This document shows, piece by piece, positions 16,539 through 23,723 of a stretch of DNA of 40,045 nucleotides; position 1 is the stretch's first letter, and the number at the start of each line of letters is the position of its first letter. Made by a program: the position numbers and the translations under genes. The DNA is taken from IMG/VR virus record IMGVR_UViG_3300025465_000001; one strand, given 5' to 3'. This DNA comes from a virus. The notes beneath the pieces are model-generated. The model had not been told where the DNA came from and made no database searches. It was given only the letters and a program-made list of their open reading frames with translations.

Positions 16539-16694
16539 ATGTCAGACTACACAACTATACAGTTACACAAATTAACACGGGCAAAACTAAAGGAAGTTTC
16601 AGATAAGTATAAAAAGGAATGCAAGTGGCCTAACAAGCAAACTGAAATATTAACCGACTTCATTAATAAACTTCACGCAAAGGAAATTAAATAA
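16539..16694 (+). CDS. Small ribbon-helix-helix-like protein (51 aa)
   Basis: MSDYTTIQLHKLTRAKLKEVSDKY...TEILTDFINKL shows a beta-alpha-alpha pattern. The longer 16434 start adds a hydrophobic N-terminus that overlaps likely promoter sequence. Confidence 0.45.
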   Translation: MSDYTTIQLHKLTRAKLKEVSDKYKKECKWPNKQTEILTDFINKLHAKEIK

Positions 16695-16753
16695 TATGAA
16701 AGCACTACTAGACTTTATCGATTGGCTACTATTTTAATTACTGGAGAAATAAC

Positions 16754-17089
16754 ATGAACGAATTAACAGATTTACAAATATGTAAAAAGATTGCTGAGAT
16801 TGAAGGCTACCACACTAATCTTGCGATTAAATGCGAGGGTGTATGGTGTTCTATGAATGATAATAATTGCTATGGAGTATTCAACCCACTAACAGACGAT
16901 GCGCTTTGTTTTCAATTAATGGTCAAGTATGATTGCGACCTAATATCACCATATCGACCAAACAAAGACACTCACTGGGAGTGTCAGATATTCACAAGTG
17001 ATTGTGCAGACGTGGTAAGTATTTATAATGATTCACCTAACAAAGCAATCTGTCTTGCAATAATAGAAGCACATAAGGATCAATCATGA
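16754..17089 (+). CDS. Hypothetical protein, DUF2591-like (from recollection of the motif pattern)
   Basis: 111 aa. GGAG as SD. LTDLQICKKIAEIEGY...NPLTDDALCFQLM...NKAICLAIIEA. Confidence 0.6.
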   Translation: MNELTDLQICKKIAEIEGYHTNLAIKCEGVWCSMNDNNCYGVFNPLTDDALCFQLMVKYDCDLISPYRPNKDTHWECQIFTSDCADVVSIYNDSPNKAICLAIIEAHKDQS

Positions 17090-17259
17090 AGGGAATTAAC
17101 GAAAAACTCAACAACCAGGTAAAGCGCGAATGTTTGCTTAAATCTGCAATAACAAGTGTAAAAAAGCAAAAGGAAGATGAGCGACCTATTAACCGTAGAC
17201 GTATAGAAGATATACTGGAGGCTAAACAAATTGAAAAAAGCTTGCAGTTGGATTGTTGA
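17086..17259 (+). CDS. Small basic protein (57 aa, not in the track)
   Basis: ATGA overlap with the upstream stop. Followed by an intrinsic terminator. Confidence 0.45.
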   Translation: MKGINEKLNNQVKRECLLKSAITSVKKQKEDERPINRRRIEDILEAKQIEKSLQLDC

Positions 17260-17280
17260 TTGTATTTATAACTTATTAAA

Positions 17281-17302
17281 GAGAGCTTAACGGCTCTTTT
17301 TT
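17281..17302 (+). terminator. Intrinsic terminator ending the 16.4-17.3 kb rightward unit
   Basis: GAGAGC-TTAACG-GCTCTT followed by a T-run. Confidence 0.6.
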
Positions 17303-17321
17303 ATTGCGTCAAATTCGAGAT

Positions 17322-17347
17322 AAAAAAAGACCTCTGCAATAGAGGCC
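17322..17347 (-). terminator. Intrinsic terminator ending the 19.2-17.4 kb leftward unit
   Basis: Minus strand: GGCCTCT-ATTGC-AGAGGTC followed by T7. Convergent with the plus-strand terminator. Confidence 0.45.
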
Positions 17348-17393
17348 AAGTGGAAAAATAAACTGTCGGGTATTTCCTTCCGTGTTCAGTGTA

Positions 17394-17609
17394 TCACGAT
17401 TTTTCAATGTCGTAACAAATACCCGTAGCAAGAATAAAAGCTATCAACTCTTCACGCTTAATCTCTATATCGCCAAGCATTACATTATGTAAATCCACAG
17501 CTAATTGAATACTGATATTTTCACATCTAACGCCCACAATGTCAGGCTCGTTAAAACTACCTGTTATGTAATCAAAATCATCAGACGGGAAGTCTACTAT
17601 ATTGTCCAT
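17394..17609 (-). CDS. Small strongly acidic protein (71 aa)
   Basis: 15 Asp/Glu against 4 Lys/Arg, counted from the translation. Lies immediately downstream of the methyltransferase. Confidence 0.6.
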   Translation of the reverse strand: MDNIVDFPSDDFDYITGSFNEPDIVGVRCENISIQLAVDLHNVMLGDIEIKREELIAFILATGICYDIEKS

Positions 17610-17653
17610 TATTAACCCCTTATTTGTTATTTCTGTTATGTGTTATTTAATTA

Positions 17654-18436
17654 CTAAGCTTCGTCAATGCGCTTTTTAGCGATGTTAAAATATCCTTCAT
17701 CCATTTCAATACCTATAAGCTTACGGTTTAGGTTTTTAGCTGCCACGCCTGTGCTTCCGCTACCTAAACAAAAATCTAAAACAGTTTCGCTTTCGTTGGT
17801 GTAGGTTTTAATTAGGTATTCCATTAATGCCACTGGTTTTTGTGTTGGGTGAATTCTATGTAAATTATTGCACTCTTTACTTGTGGAATTTATATTAATT
17901 ATATTTTTTGGGTAACTCTCTGTTCTTATAAACTTGTGCTTTTCTTTAGAAGAGAAGTTGCCGTTTTCACTTTTACCATCGCTTTTCCAATTTCTATCAT
18001 CAATAACCCTTTCTTTTTTTGTCATTTGCGGGTTATAAATACATTGTTTTTTGTAAAAAACAGAAATAGTTTCATACGTTCTCATTGGTTGCTTTTTAGC
18101 TAAGCCAAAACTTGTGCTTTGTGTTTTATTCCAAATCCAATCATACTTATACTGTTTAATATTACTCATTCTTAGTGCGCTACTAAAAGGCTCTGCGCCA
18201 AATAAGACAATCACCCCATTAGGCTTAATAATACGCTTTAACTGCTCCCACATTAGCGGTAAATCAATAATTGAGTCCCATTTACACGCTGTAGTGCCGT
18301 AAGGTGGATCGGTCAATATCATATCAACACTACCAGACTCAATTTCTTTCATTCGCTCTAAGCAATCGCCTAACATCAATCGAGGCCATTCTTCTTCGTT
18401 CAATTCCGCTTCTCTTTCATTGTCGTAATGTGACAT
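17654..18436 (-). CDS. DNA amino-methyltransferase (N6A/N4C, beta class)
   Basis: Motif IV ILTDPPYG precedes motif I DFCLGSGSTGVAA. Confidence 0.85.
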   Translation of the reverse strand: MSHYDNEREAELNEEEWPRLMLGDCLERMKEIESGSVDMILTDPPYGTTACKWDSIIDLPLMWEQLKRIIKPNGVIVLFGAEPFSSALRMSNIKQYKYDWIWNKTQSTSFGLAKKQPMRTYETISVFYKKQCIYNPQMTKKERVIDDRNWKSDGKSENGNFSSKEKHKFIRTESYPKNIININSTSKECNNLHRIHPTQKPVALMEYLIKTYTNESETVLDFCLGSGSTGVAAKNLNRKLIGIEMDEGYFNIAKKRIDEA

Positions 18437-18452
18437 CTTTACTCTCCGTTCG

Positions 18453-18602
18453 TTAAATCATCCCACGTTCAACATCTATTTTATCAAAGTCGAACTTAGT
18501 AACTCCATAACCTTTGTAATAAAATATAACTGAGTTCATAGGAAAGCAACCCTGTAAAGCTTCATAGGCGTTATATCTTAGGTAAGATTTATAATGTGCC
18601 AT
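18453..18602 (-). CDS. Possible small ORF (49 aa, not in the track)
   Basis: The ATG at 18602 overlaps the end of the upstream ORF. Fills a gap that is otherwise non-coding. No motif found. Confidence 0.3.
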   Translation of the reverse strand: MAHYKSYLRYNAYEALQGCFPMNSVIFYYKGYGVTKFDFDKIDVERGMI

Positions 18603-18774
18603 TGTCATCCTCAAGCTTTTTCATTATTGATGCGCCTACATTATATATAGTCCCCATAATCAAACAGAAGAATGCACCGAAAGAACTCGCAGGAGCGAAC
18701 AGTTCATAAATTATAGTTATAACTGCCAGTATTAAAAATATACCACTCCACTTTTCCATTGATTTGCTATTCAT
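18589..18774 (-). CDS. Small membrane protein (61 aa)
   Basis: Two hydrophobic stretches: WSGIFLILAVITIIYELFA and FGAFFCLIMGTIY. Confidence 0.5.
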   Translation of the reverse strand: MNSKSMEKWSGIFLILAVITIIYELFAPASSFGAFFCLIMGTIYNVGASIMKKLEDDNGTL

Positions 18775-18815
18775 TATTCATTCCCCTGTTTTGTTTGATG
18801 TGGTTAGTTACTTTA

Positions 18816-18989
18816 TTAGATATCTAGCGTTACATTAGTGACTAGCGTATCTGCATTTATATCAACTATCTCTGTCTCGTTATCATCCAGCCACCTAATC
18901 CATGCCTCACCTTTTGTCGTGGCAATCACTATAAATTTATTTTCGAATGCACCCATGTTATAAGTTGGCCCTACTTTTAATTTCATCAT
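18816..18989 (-). CDS. Hypothetical protein (57 aa, not in the track)
   Basis: ATGATG start at 18989 with AAGGAAA upstream. Fills the 18775-18997 gap. Confidence 0.45.
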   Translation of the reverse strand: MMKLKVGPTYNMGAFENKFIVIATTKGEAWIRWLDDNETEIVDINADTLVTNVTLDI

Positions 18990-18997
18990 AATTTCCT

Positions 18998-19159
18998 TTA
19001 TTTGGTTTTTAGCATTTGCTTTTGAAAGTAATCGTGCAGCTCTTTATCTGCTTCCTGTTCGCACTCTTGACTGCAATGAGCGCCCCACTCTGTTTTTGTC
19101 CACTTGTCTGGAGTTAAATCCTTTTCGCAATGTTCGCACTTTGTTTTAATTACCTTCAT
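18998..19159 (-). CDS. Small Zn-finger-like protein (53 aa), first leftward early gene
   Basis: CEHCEK...HCSQEC. The ATG at 19159 has AAGGGA as SD. The longer track form would run into the promoter region. Confidence 0.5.
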   Translation of the reverse strand: MKVIKTKCEHCEKDLTPDKWTKTEWGAHCSQECEQEADKELHDYFQKQMLKTK

Positions 19160-19221
19160 TACTCTGTCCCTTCTTGTGGTTTGATTAGTTATTAACTGAG
19201 ATAAACAATAGCAAATGATTA

Positions 19222-19250
19222 TTGACAACTCAATTAATATTTAATAAAAT
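19222..19250 (+). promoter_or_regulatory. Near-consensus sigma70 promoter (rightward early)
   Basis: TTGACA (19222-19227), 17-nt spacer, TAAAAT (19245-19250). On the minus strand the -35 reads TTGTCA, a possible back-to-back divergent promoter. Confidence 0.6.
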
Positions 19251-19277
19251 TTAACAAGTTAATAAATAGGAGGTAAT

Positions 19278-19415
19278 ATGCTAGATAAAAAAGTACAGCC
19301 GTTAAACCTGGAAGAAGGCGTTATTGAGTTATTAAAGGCCCAAGCTGATGATAATGATCGGTCAATGTCTGCAGAAGCTAACAGAATATTAAAGAAAGAG
19401 TTGAATAAAAAATAG
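19278..19415 (+). CDS. Ribbon-helix-helix (Arc/CopG-like) regulator (45 aa, not in the track)
   Basis: AGGAGG as SD. MLDKKVQPLNLEEGVIELLKAQADDNDRSMSAEANRILKKEL shows a beta-alpha-alpha pattern. Confidence 0.6.
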   Translation: MLDKKVQPLNLEEGVIELLKAQADDNDRSMSAEANRILKKELNKK

Positions 19416-19433
19416 TATTGTATTATTATTAAT

Positions 19434-19543
19434 TTGTTGTTTGGACTGAAGCCCAGATAATAGATAAGGTTTAGTAGGCGTATCTGGGGTTATTAAGTTA
19501 ATCCGCTTCAGCAGATATACCTCCTAAGCCTTTTTTATTGCCT
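19434..19543 (+). terminator. Structured element copy B: conserved 5' box, 21-bp stem, 25-nt conserved apex, T6
   Basis: Arm 19466-19486 (AAGGTTTAGTAGGCGTATCTG) pairs with 19512-19532 (CAGATATACCTCCTAAGCCTT) as 17 WC, 2 GU and 2 mismatches, followed by TTTTTTATT. Confidence 0.6.
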
Positions 19544-19800
19544 CAATTTAAACAGCTCGATTATATTTTACGCGTCATGCGAAAGCAGTCCCGGTTCGAA
19601 TATAATTTAAAGTGTTAGAATGTATGCCCGAAGCACGACTGAGTTTTAAGTTAATTATAGGGGCTGGACTACTGAACAGGTAGGAATGATTAACCGAGCT
19701 ATTAACTGTTTGCAATAATAGCTTATGAGTTCTCTACGGAGATGGTATAAGAATCAACTATATGAATCCTTACCGGGTATTAGTGGTTTAACTCATAGTA

Positions 19801-19840
19801 ACCCAAGGGTGATTATTAATTTAATCTCCCTTGGGTTTTC
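19801..19840 (+). terminator. Hairpin with short T-run in the long leader of the replication operon
   Basis: ACCCAAGGG, an 18-nt loop, CCCTTGGGT, then TTTC. Confidence 0.4.
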
Positions 19841-19971
19841 TATGAATTTTACTAAAGAATCTTATCCAATAAGTTATTAATAAAGTTATATATACTATAG
19901 AGTTTATTAATACTAATACAGTGTGATATAAGTCCGCACCACGGCATTCAGGCTTACAATTTGGAGGTTAT

Positions 19972-20211
19972 ATGTTGCCTAAGCATCACTACAACTTTGA
20001 TGATAGTTCTATCTTTAATGATAGCGGCTGGATTGGAGAGCAAATAGATATGCTGCCAATTTCTATGCAAAAGAAAGTGGCCAGTAAATACAGTGATATT
20101 TATTTAAAGCTAACTAATGAAAAAGATAAAAAAGCACGATTCAGATCTAACAGTTGGTTGAGAAAAACTGTGGATAAGTACAAAGTTACTAACAAGGAAG
20201 GATTATTTTAA
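19972..20211 (+). CDS. Hypothetical protein (79 aa), first gene of the replication operon
   Basis: GGAGG as SD. Its stop overlaps the helicase start (TAATG). Confidence 0.6.
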   Translation: MLPKHHYNFDDSSIFNDSGWIGEQIDMLPISMQKKVASKYSDIYLKLTNEKDKKARFRSNSWLRKTVDKYKVTNKEGLF

Positions 20212-21737
20212 TGCTATATGAATTATACCCACATCAACAATCGTCAATTGACGAATTAAGATCATCATTTGGTAAAGGATTAAAGCGCCCGATGTTATAC
20301 GCTCCGGTAGCATTTGGTAAAACCGTTGTAGCTGCTCACATTGTTACAGGCGTTCTTGATAAAGGTAAGCGTGTTTTATTTGTCGCTCCTTATACTGCGT
20401 TAATAAATCAGACAGCTAGGTCATTTATGGCGCAAGGAATACCGCAACCAGGAATCATGCAAGCTGACCACCCTTGGACCAATGCAGGAAAAAGATTGCA
20501 GATTGCTTCAGTTCAAACTTTGGCCAGAAGAAAGATCCCCGAGGTTGATTTAATTATTGTTGATGAAGCACACCTGCAGTATTCAGTTATTTGTAAATTA
20601 ATGGATGAAACAGATATTCCGGTCATTGGTCTTAGTGGTTCGCCTTTTTCAAAAGGATTGGGGAAATATTATGATAACTTAATACATACCACCTCTATGC
20701 GCCAATTAATTGACGATGGGTTTTTATCTGACTATGTAGCTTACTCGCACGACAAGCCAAACCTAACAGGTATTAAAACTGTAGCTGGTGATTATCATGA
20801 AGGGCAATTAGGTGAGCGCATGAGTGATCCTAAGCTTATCGGCTGCATAGTTGATACATGGCTGAAGAATGGAGAGAACAGGCCTACAATTTGCTTTTGT
20901 GTGAATGTGGCACATGCTGAATTCGTTGGCGCTGAGTTTGAAAAAGTAAATATATCGAATGTAGTGATCACCGGTCGAACTCCAATGGAAGAAAGGGAAG
21001 TTCATTTTGAGCAATTCAAGAAAGGCAATATAAAAATACTTGTTAACGTTGGTACTTTGGTTGCTGGGTTCGATTCAGATGTAAGGTGTATTATTGATGC
21101 AGCTCCCACTAAGTCAGATATTAGGCACGTTCAAAAGCTTGGGCGAGGATTGCGAACTGCAAAAGGTAAAGACCACTTAATCATACTAGACCATGCCGGG
21201 AACTTGGTTAATCTTGGTTTTCCTGATGATATAGAAATAGATAAGCTCGACACCGGCAATAAGCAAGAAGCTGCAGAACTCAAAGAAAAAAAGCAAAAAG
21301 AAAAGAAAGAAAAAGAACCTAAAGAGTGCGCCAAGTGCCACCACATGAAAAAAGCAGATGAGCATGAATGCTCTAAATGTGGGTTTACTCCTAAATTTAT
21401 TGAAAATGTAGAAGTTGAAGAAGGCGAACTGACCTCAATAAAAACATCTAACAAGTTCACTAAAGATGATAAGCAGCGTGTTTGGTCTGAAATAAAAGGG
21501 TATCAACAAGAAAGGTTATTATCAGGGAAAAGCCTTACTGATGGTTGGTGCTCTCATTTATACAAAGATATGGTTGGAGTATGGCCAAGGGGATTAAGAG
21601 ATACATCGTCACAACCAGGCGAGCAAGTAAGGGGATTTATAAAACATAAGGCTATTGCATGGGCCAAAGGTAAAAATAAATTAAAAGATAAGGCAAAACA
21701 TGCTGAATGGTTAGAAAGAAGACAAAATATAGCTTGA
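20211..21737 (+). CDS. SF2 DEAH-box DNA helicase with a C-terminal Zn-ribbon
   Basis: Walker A APVAFGKT, motif II IVDEAH, motif VI-like QKLGRGLR, and C-terminal CAKCHH...CSKCG. Confidence 0.9.
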   Translation: MLYELYPHQQSSIDELRSSFGKGLKRPMLYAPVAFGKTVVAAHIVTGVLDKGKRVLFVAPYTALINQTARSFMAQGIPQPGIMQADHPWTNAGKRLQIASVQTLARRKIPEVDLIIVDEAHLQYSVICKLMDETDIPVIGLSGSPFSKGLGKYYDNLIHTTSMRQLIDDGFLSDYVAYSHDKPNLTGIKTVAGDYHEGQLGERMSDPKLIGCIVDTWLKNGENRPTICFCVNVAHAEFVGAEFEKVNISNVVITGRTPMEEREVHFEQFKKGNIKILVNVGTLVAGFDSDVRCIIDAAPTKSDIRHVQKLGRGLRTAKGKDHLIILDHAGNLVNLGFPDDIEIDKLDTGNKQEAAELKEKKQKEKKEKEPKECAKCHHMKKADEHECSKCGFTPKFIENVEVEEGELTSIKTSNKFTKDDKQRVWSEIKGYQQERLLSGKSLTDGWCSHLYKDMVGVWPRGLRDTSSQPGEQVRGFIKHKAIAWAKGKNKLKDKAKHAEWLERRQNIA

Positions 21738-21790
21738 TTAATGCATTGTTATTAACTATTATTAATTATAAATAAGTTATAGGAGTTTAT

Positions 21791-22714
21791 ATGTTAACTA
21801 AAGATGCAGCAAAAGGGAGGTGGCCAGAAATATATGGCCACTTTGGCTTTCAAATAATACCGAATAAGCACCAAGCTTGCCCGATTTGTGATCGAAAAGG
21901 ATCTTCAGGCATTCGCATTCATGATAAAACTGGTAATGGCGATTGGATATGTGTTTGCGGTAGCGGTACGGGCCTTTCATTGCTTATCGAATCAACAGGA
22001 TTGCCGTTTGCTGACATTGCCAAACAAGTAGACGAAATTATAGGTAATAAGCCAGATAGAATTTTAAAACCAAAATTAACTGGTATACCTAAAAAGATAG
22101 CAGCAACTTCAAGGCCAATAAACGGAACTTGGTCAGAATACTACCTGAAGGAGCGGGGAATAATAAACCTCCCTACTATGTCAGTGCATCATTGTGATTC
22201 AGTGCCGTACTTTAACGAGCAAGGCCAAAAGGTGGGGAATTATGAAGCTATGGTTGCCACTGTTACCGATGCTCAAACACTTGAGATCTTACAGCAACAC
22301 ATTACGTATTTGGATGATAGTAAGAAAATTTACCGAAAAGTAAGAAATATTACCGATGTTGATTATAAGGTTCCGGTAATTAGGTTGATGGATGCAGAAA
22401 AATCGCTTGGCATAGCTGAAGGAATTGAAACTGCGCTAAGTGTGCACGATAAATATGACATAAAATGCTGGTCCACAATCAACAGCGGATTTATGAAAAG
22501 ATTTAGAGCGCCCAAAGGTGTAACTAAATTATATATATTTGCAGATAACGACAAAAGTGCAACCGGTCACGCTGCAGCTTTTGAATGCGCAAGAGCTAAC
22601 CTGTCAGCAAAGAACGATGTAAGTGATGTTGTTGTAATGTGGCCAGATGAATTAGGTGATTTTAACGACCTAGATGATAAAGATAATATTTGTCACTGGT
22701 CATTTAGTAATTAA
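21791..22714 (+). CDS. DNA primase (P4-type Zn-ribbon plus Toprim domain)
   Basis: CPICDRKGSSGIRIHDKTGNGDWICVCG, then Toprim-like AEGIETALS and YIFADNDKS. Confidence 0.8.
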   Translation: MLTKDAAKGRWPEIYGHFGFQIIPNKHQACPICDRKGSSGIRIHDKTGNGDWICVCGSGTGLSLLIESTGLPFADIAKQVDEIIGNKPDRILKPKLTGIPKKIAATSRPINGTWSEYYLKERGIINLPTMSVHHCDSVPYFNEQGQKVGNYEAMVATVTDAQTLEILQQHITYLDDSKKIYRKVRNITDVDYKVPVIRLMDAEKSLGIAEGIETALSVHDKYDIKCWSTINSGFMKRFRAPKGVTKLYIFADNDKSATGHAAAFECARANLSAKNDVSDVVVMWPDELGDFNDLDDKDNICHWSFSN

Positions 22715-22751
22715 TTAAAACATAAAACATAAGGTTTATAAGATGTTTACT

Positions 22752-22778
22752 TTAAACACAACCAATAGGAATGATAAG
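22752..22778 (+). repeat. 27-nt perfect direct repeat, copy 1 (TTAAACACAACCAATAGGAATGATAAG)
   Basis: Ends 2 nt before the ATG at 22781. Identical to 23695-23721. Confidence 0.9.
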
Positions 22779-22780
22779 CG

Positions 22781-23698
22781 ATGAATAAGAATAAGCATGA
22801 TTTTAAGGAGCGACCAATATTCACCAAAGAACTATGGGACTCATTCGAGTACCGCGTTGTTATGGGTGGTATGGGTGACGATACAGCAATGATGATAGCT
22901 GAATTATACGAAAGAGGCTTTGAGCCTGATGAAATAGTTTTCTGTGACACTGGCTCAGAGTTCCCACATACTTACGAATTTATAACTCATTTGCAAAAGT
23001 GGTGTATCGAAAAGAAATGGTCAAAGGTTGTTATTCTTAAAAAGCTTGATAAGTACGATCAGCCATTGTCTGTGATAAGCATGATAACAGAGCAGAATAC
23101 TTTACCTGCTGCCGCGTTCGGGAGTAAGTCTTGTTCATTGAGGTTTAAAGTCGAAACTGCTGATAAGTATTTTAACAATCATGTTAAATGCTGGGGGTCT
23201 TGGGGCGTAACTAAAAAAGGCGTTGCTAATAAATTCCACACAGGAAAGATATTGCGCTTGGTTGGCATTAACTTTGACGAGCCAAAAAGGATCGAAGGGT
23301 GGAAAAATGAACCTAAATGGACCCAGGCATTCCCTTTGTTTGATTGGTTGGTTGGCGAGGCTGAATCTGAAGCGGTTGAAAAAGTTGGTCTGTACTACCC
23401 TGGAAAGTCTAGTTGTTACGTTTGTCCATACTTAACACACGGTGAGGTGGCTATGCTTTACGATGATTACCCTAAGCTTTACGATCAAACTATAAATATC
23501 GAAGATAATTATCGCGAGCATAATTTAATCGAGTCTGCACAGGATGATTTATTTGGTGATGATAGTTTTGATAATACTGTTCTAGGCTTAGGCGGCAGAA
23601 ACGGAAAGACCAGAGGGCAAATGTTAAAAGAGTATCAAGCGAACCCACAACACTATAAGCAATCAACAAACAAAAAACCTTGTGAATGCGGGCATTAA
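22781..23698 (+). CDS. PAPS-reductase/DndC-like PP-loop family protein
   Basis: N-terminal degenerate PP-loop VVMGGMGDDTAMM. C-terminal cysteine pairs CYVCPY and CECGH. Family assignment is from recollection of the motifs. Confidence 0.65.
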   Translation: MNKNKHDFKERPIFTKELWDSFEYRVVMGGMGDDTAMMIAELYERGFEPDEIVFCDTGSEFPHTYEFITHLQKWCIEKKWSKVVILKKLDKYDQPLSVISMITEQNTLPAAAFGSKSCSLRFKVETADKYFNNHVKCWGSWGVTKKGVANKFHTGKILRLVGINFDEPKRIEGWKNEPKWTQAFPLFDWLVGEAESEAVEKVGLYYPGKSSCYVCPYLTHGEVAMLYDDYPKLYDQTINIEDNYREHNLIESAQDDLFGDDSFDNTVLGLGGRNGKTRGQMLKEYQANPQHYKQSTNKKPCECGH

Positions 23699-23721
23699 AC
23701 ACAACCAATAGGAATGATAAG
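23695..23721 (+). repeat. 27-nt perfect direct repeat, copy 2
   Basis: Ends 2 nt before the ATG at 23724. Overlaps the stop codon of the preceding gene. Confidence 0.9.
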
Positions 23722-23723
23722 AG

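Noticed and set aside
12881-19543. The inverted ~110-bp elements as terminal inverted repeats of a transposon or an invertible segment
   Set aside because: Identity is only about 70%, with compensatory stem changes and T-tracts that fit RNA hairpins. No transposase, invertase or target-site duplication is visible.
19593-19601. GGTTCGAAT T-loop-like motif in the long intergenic region
   Set aside because: No flanking complementary T-stem or acceptor pairing could be drawn, so the match appears to be an isolated chance occurrence.
19725-19880. 51-aa ORF in the 430-bp leader of the replication operon
   Set aside because: It has no SD-like sequence upstream and runs through a strong hairpin (19801-19840). 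It is kept only as a caveat in the origin/leader finding.
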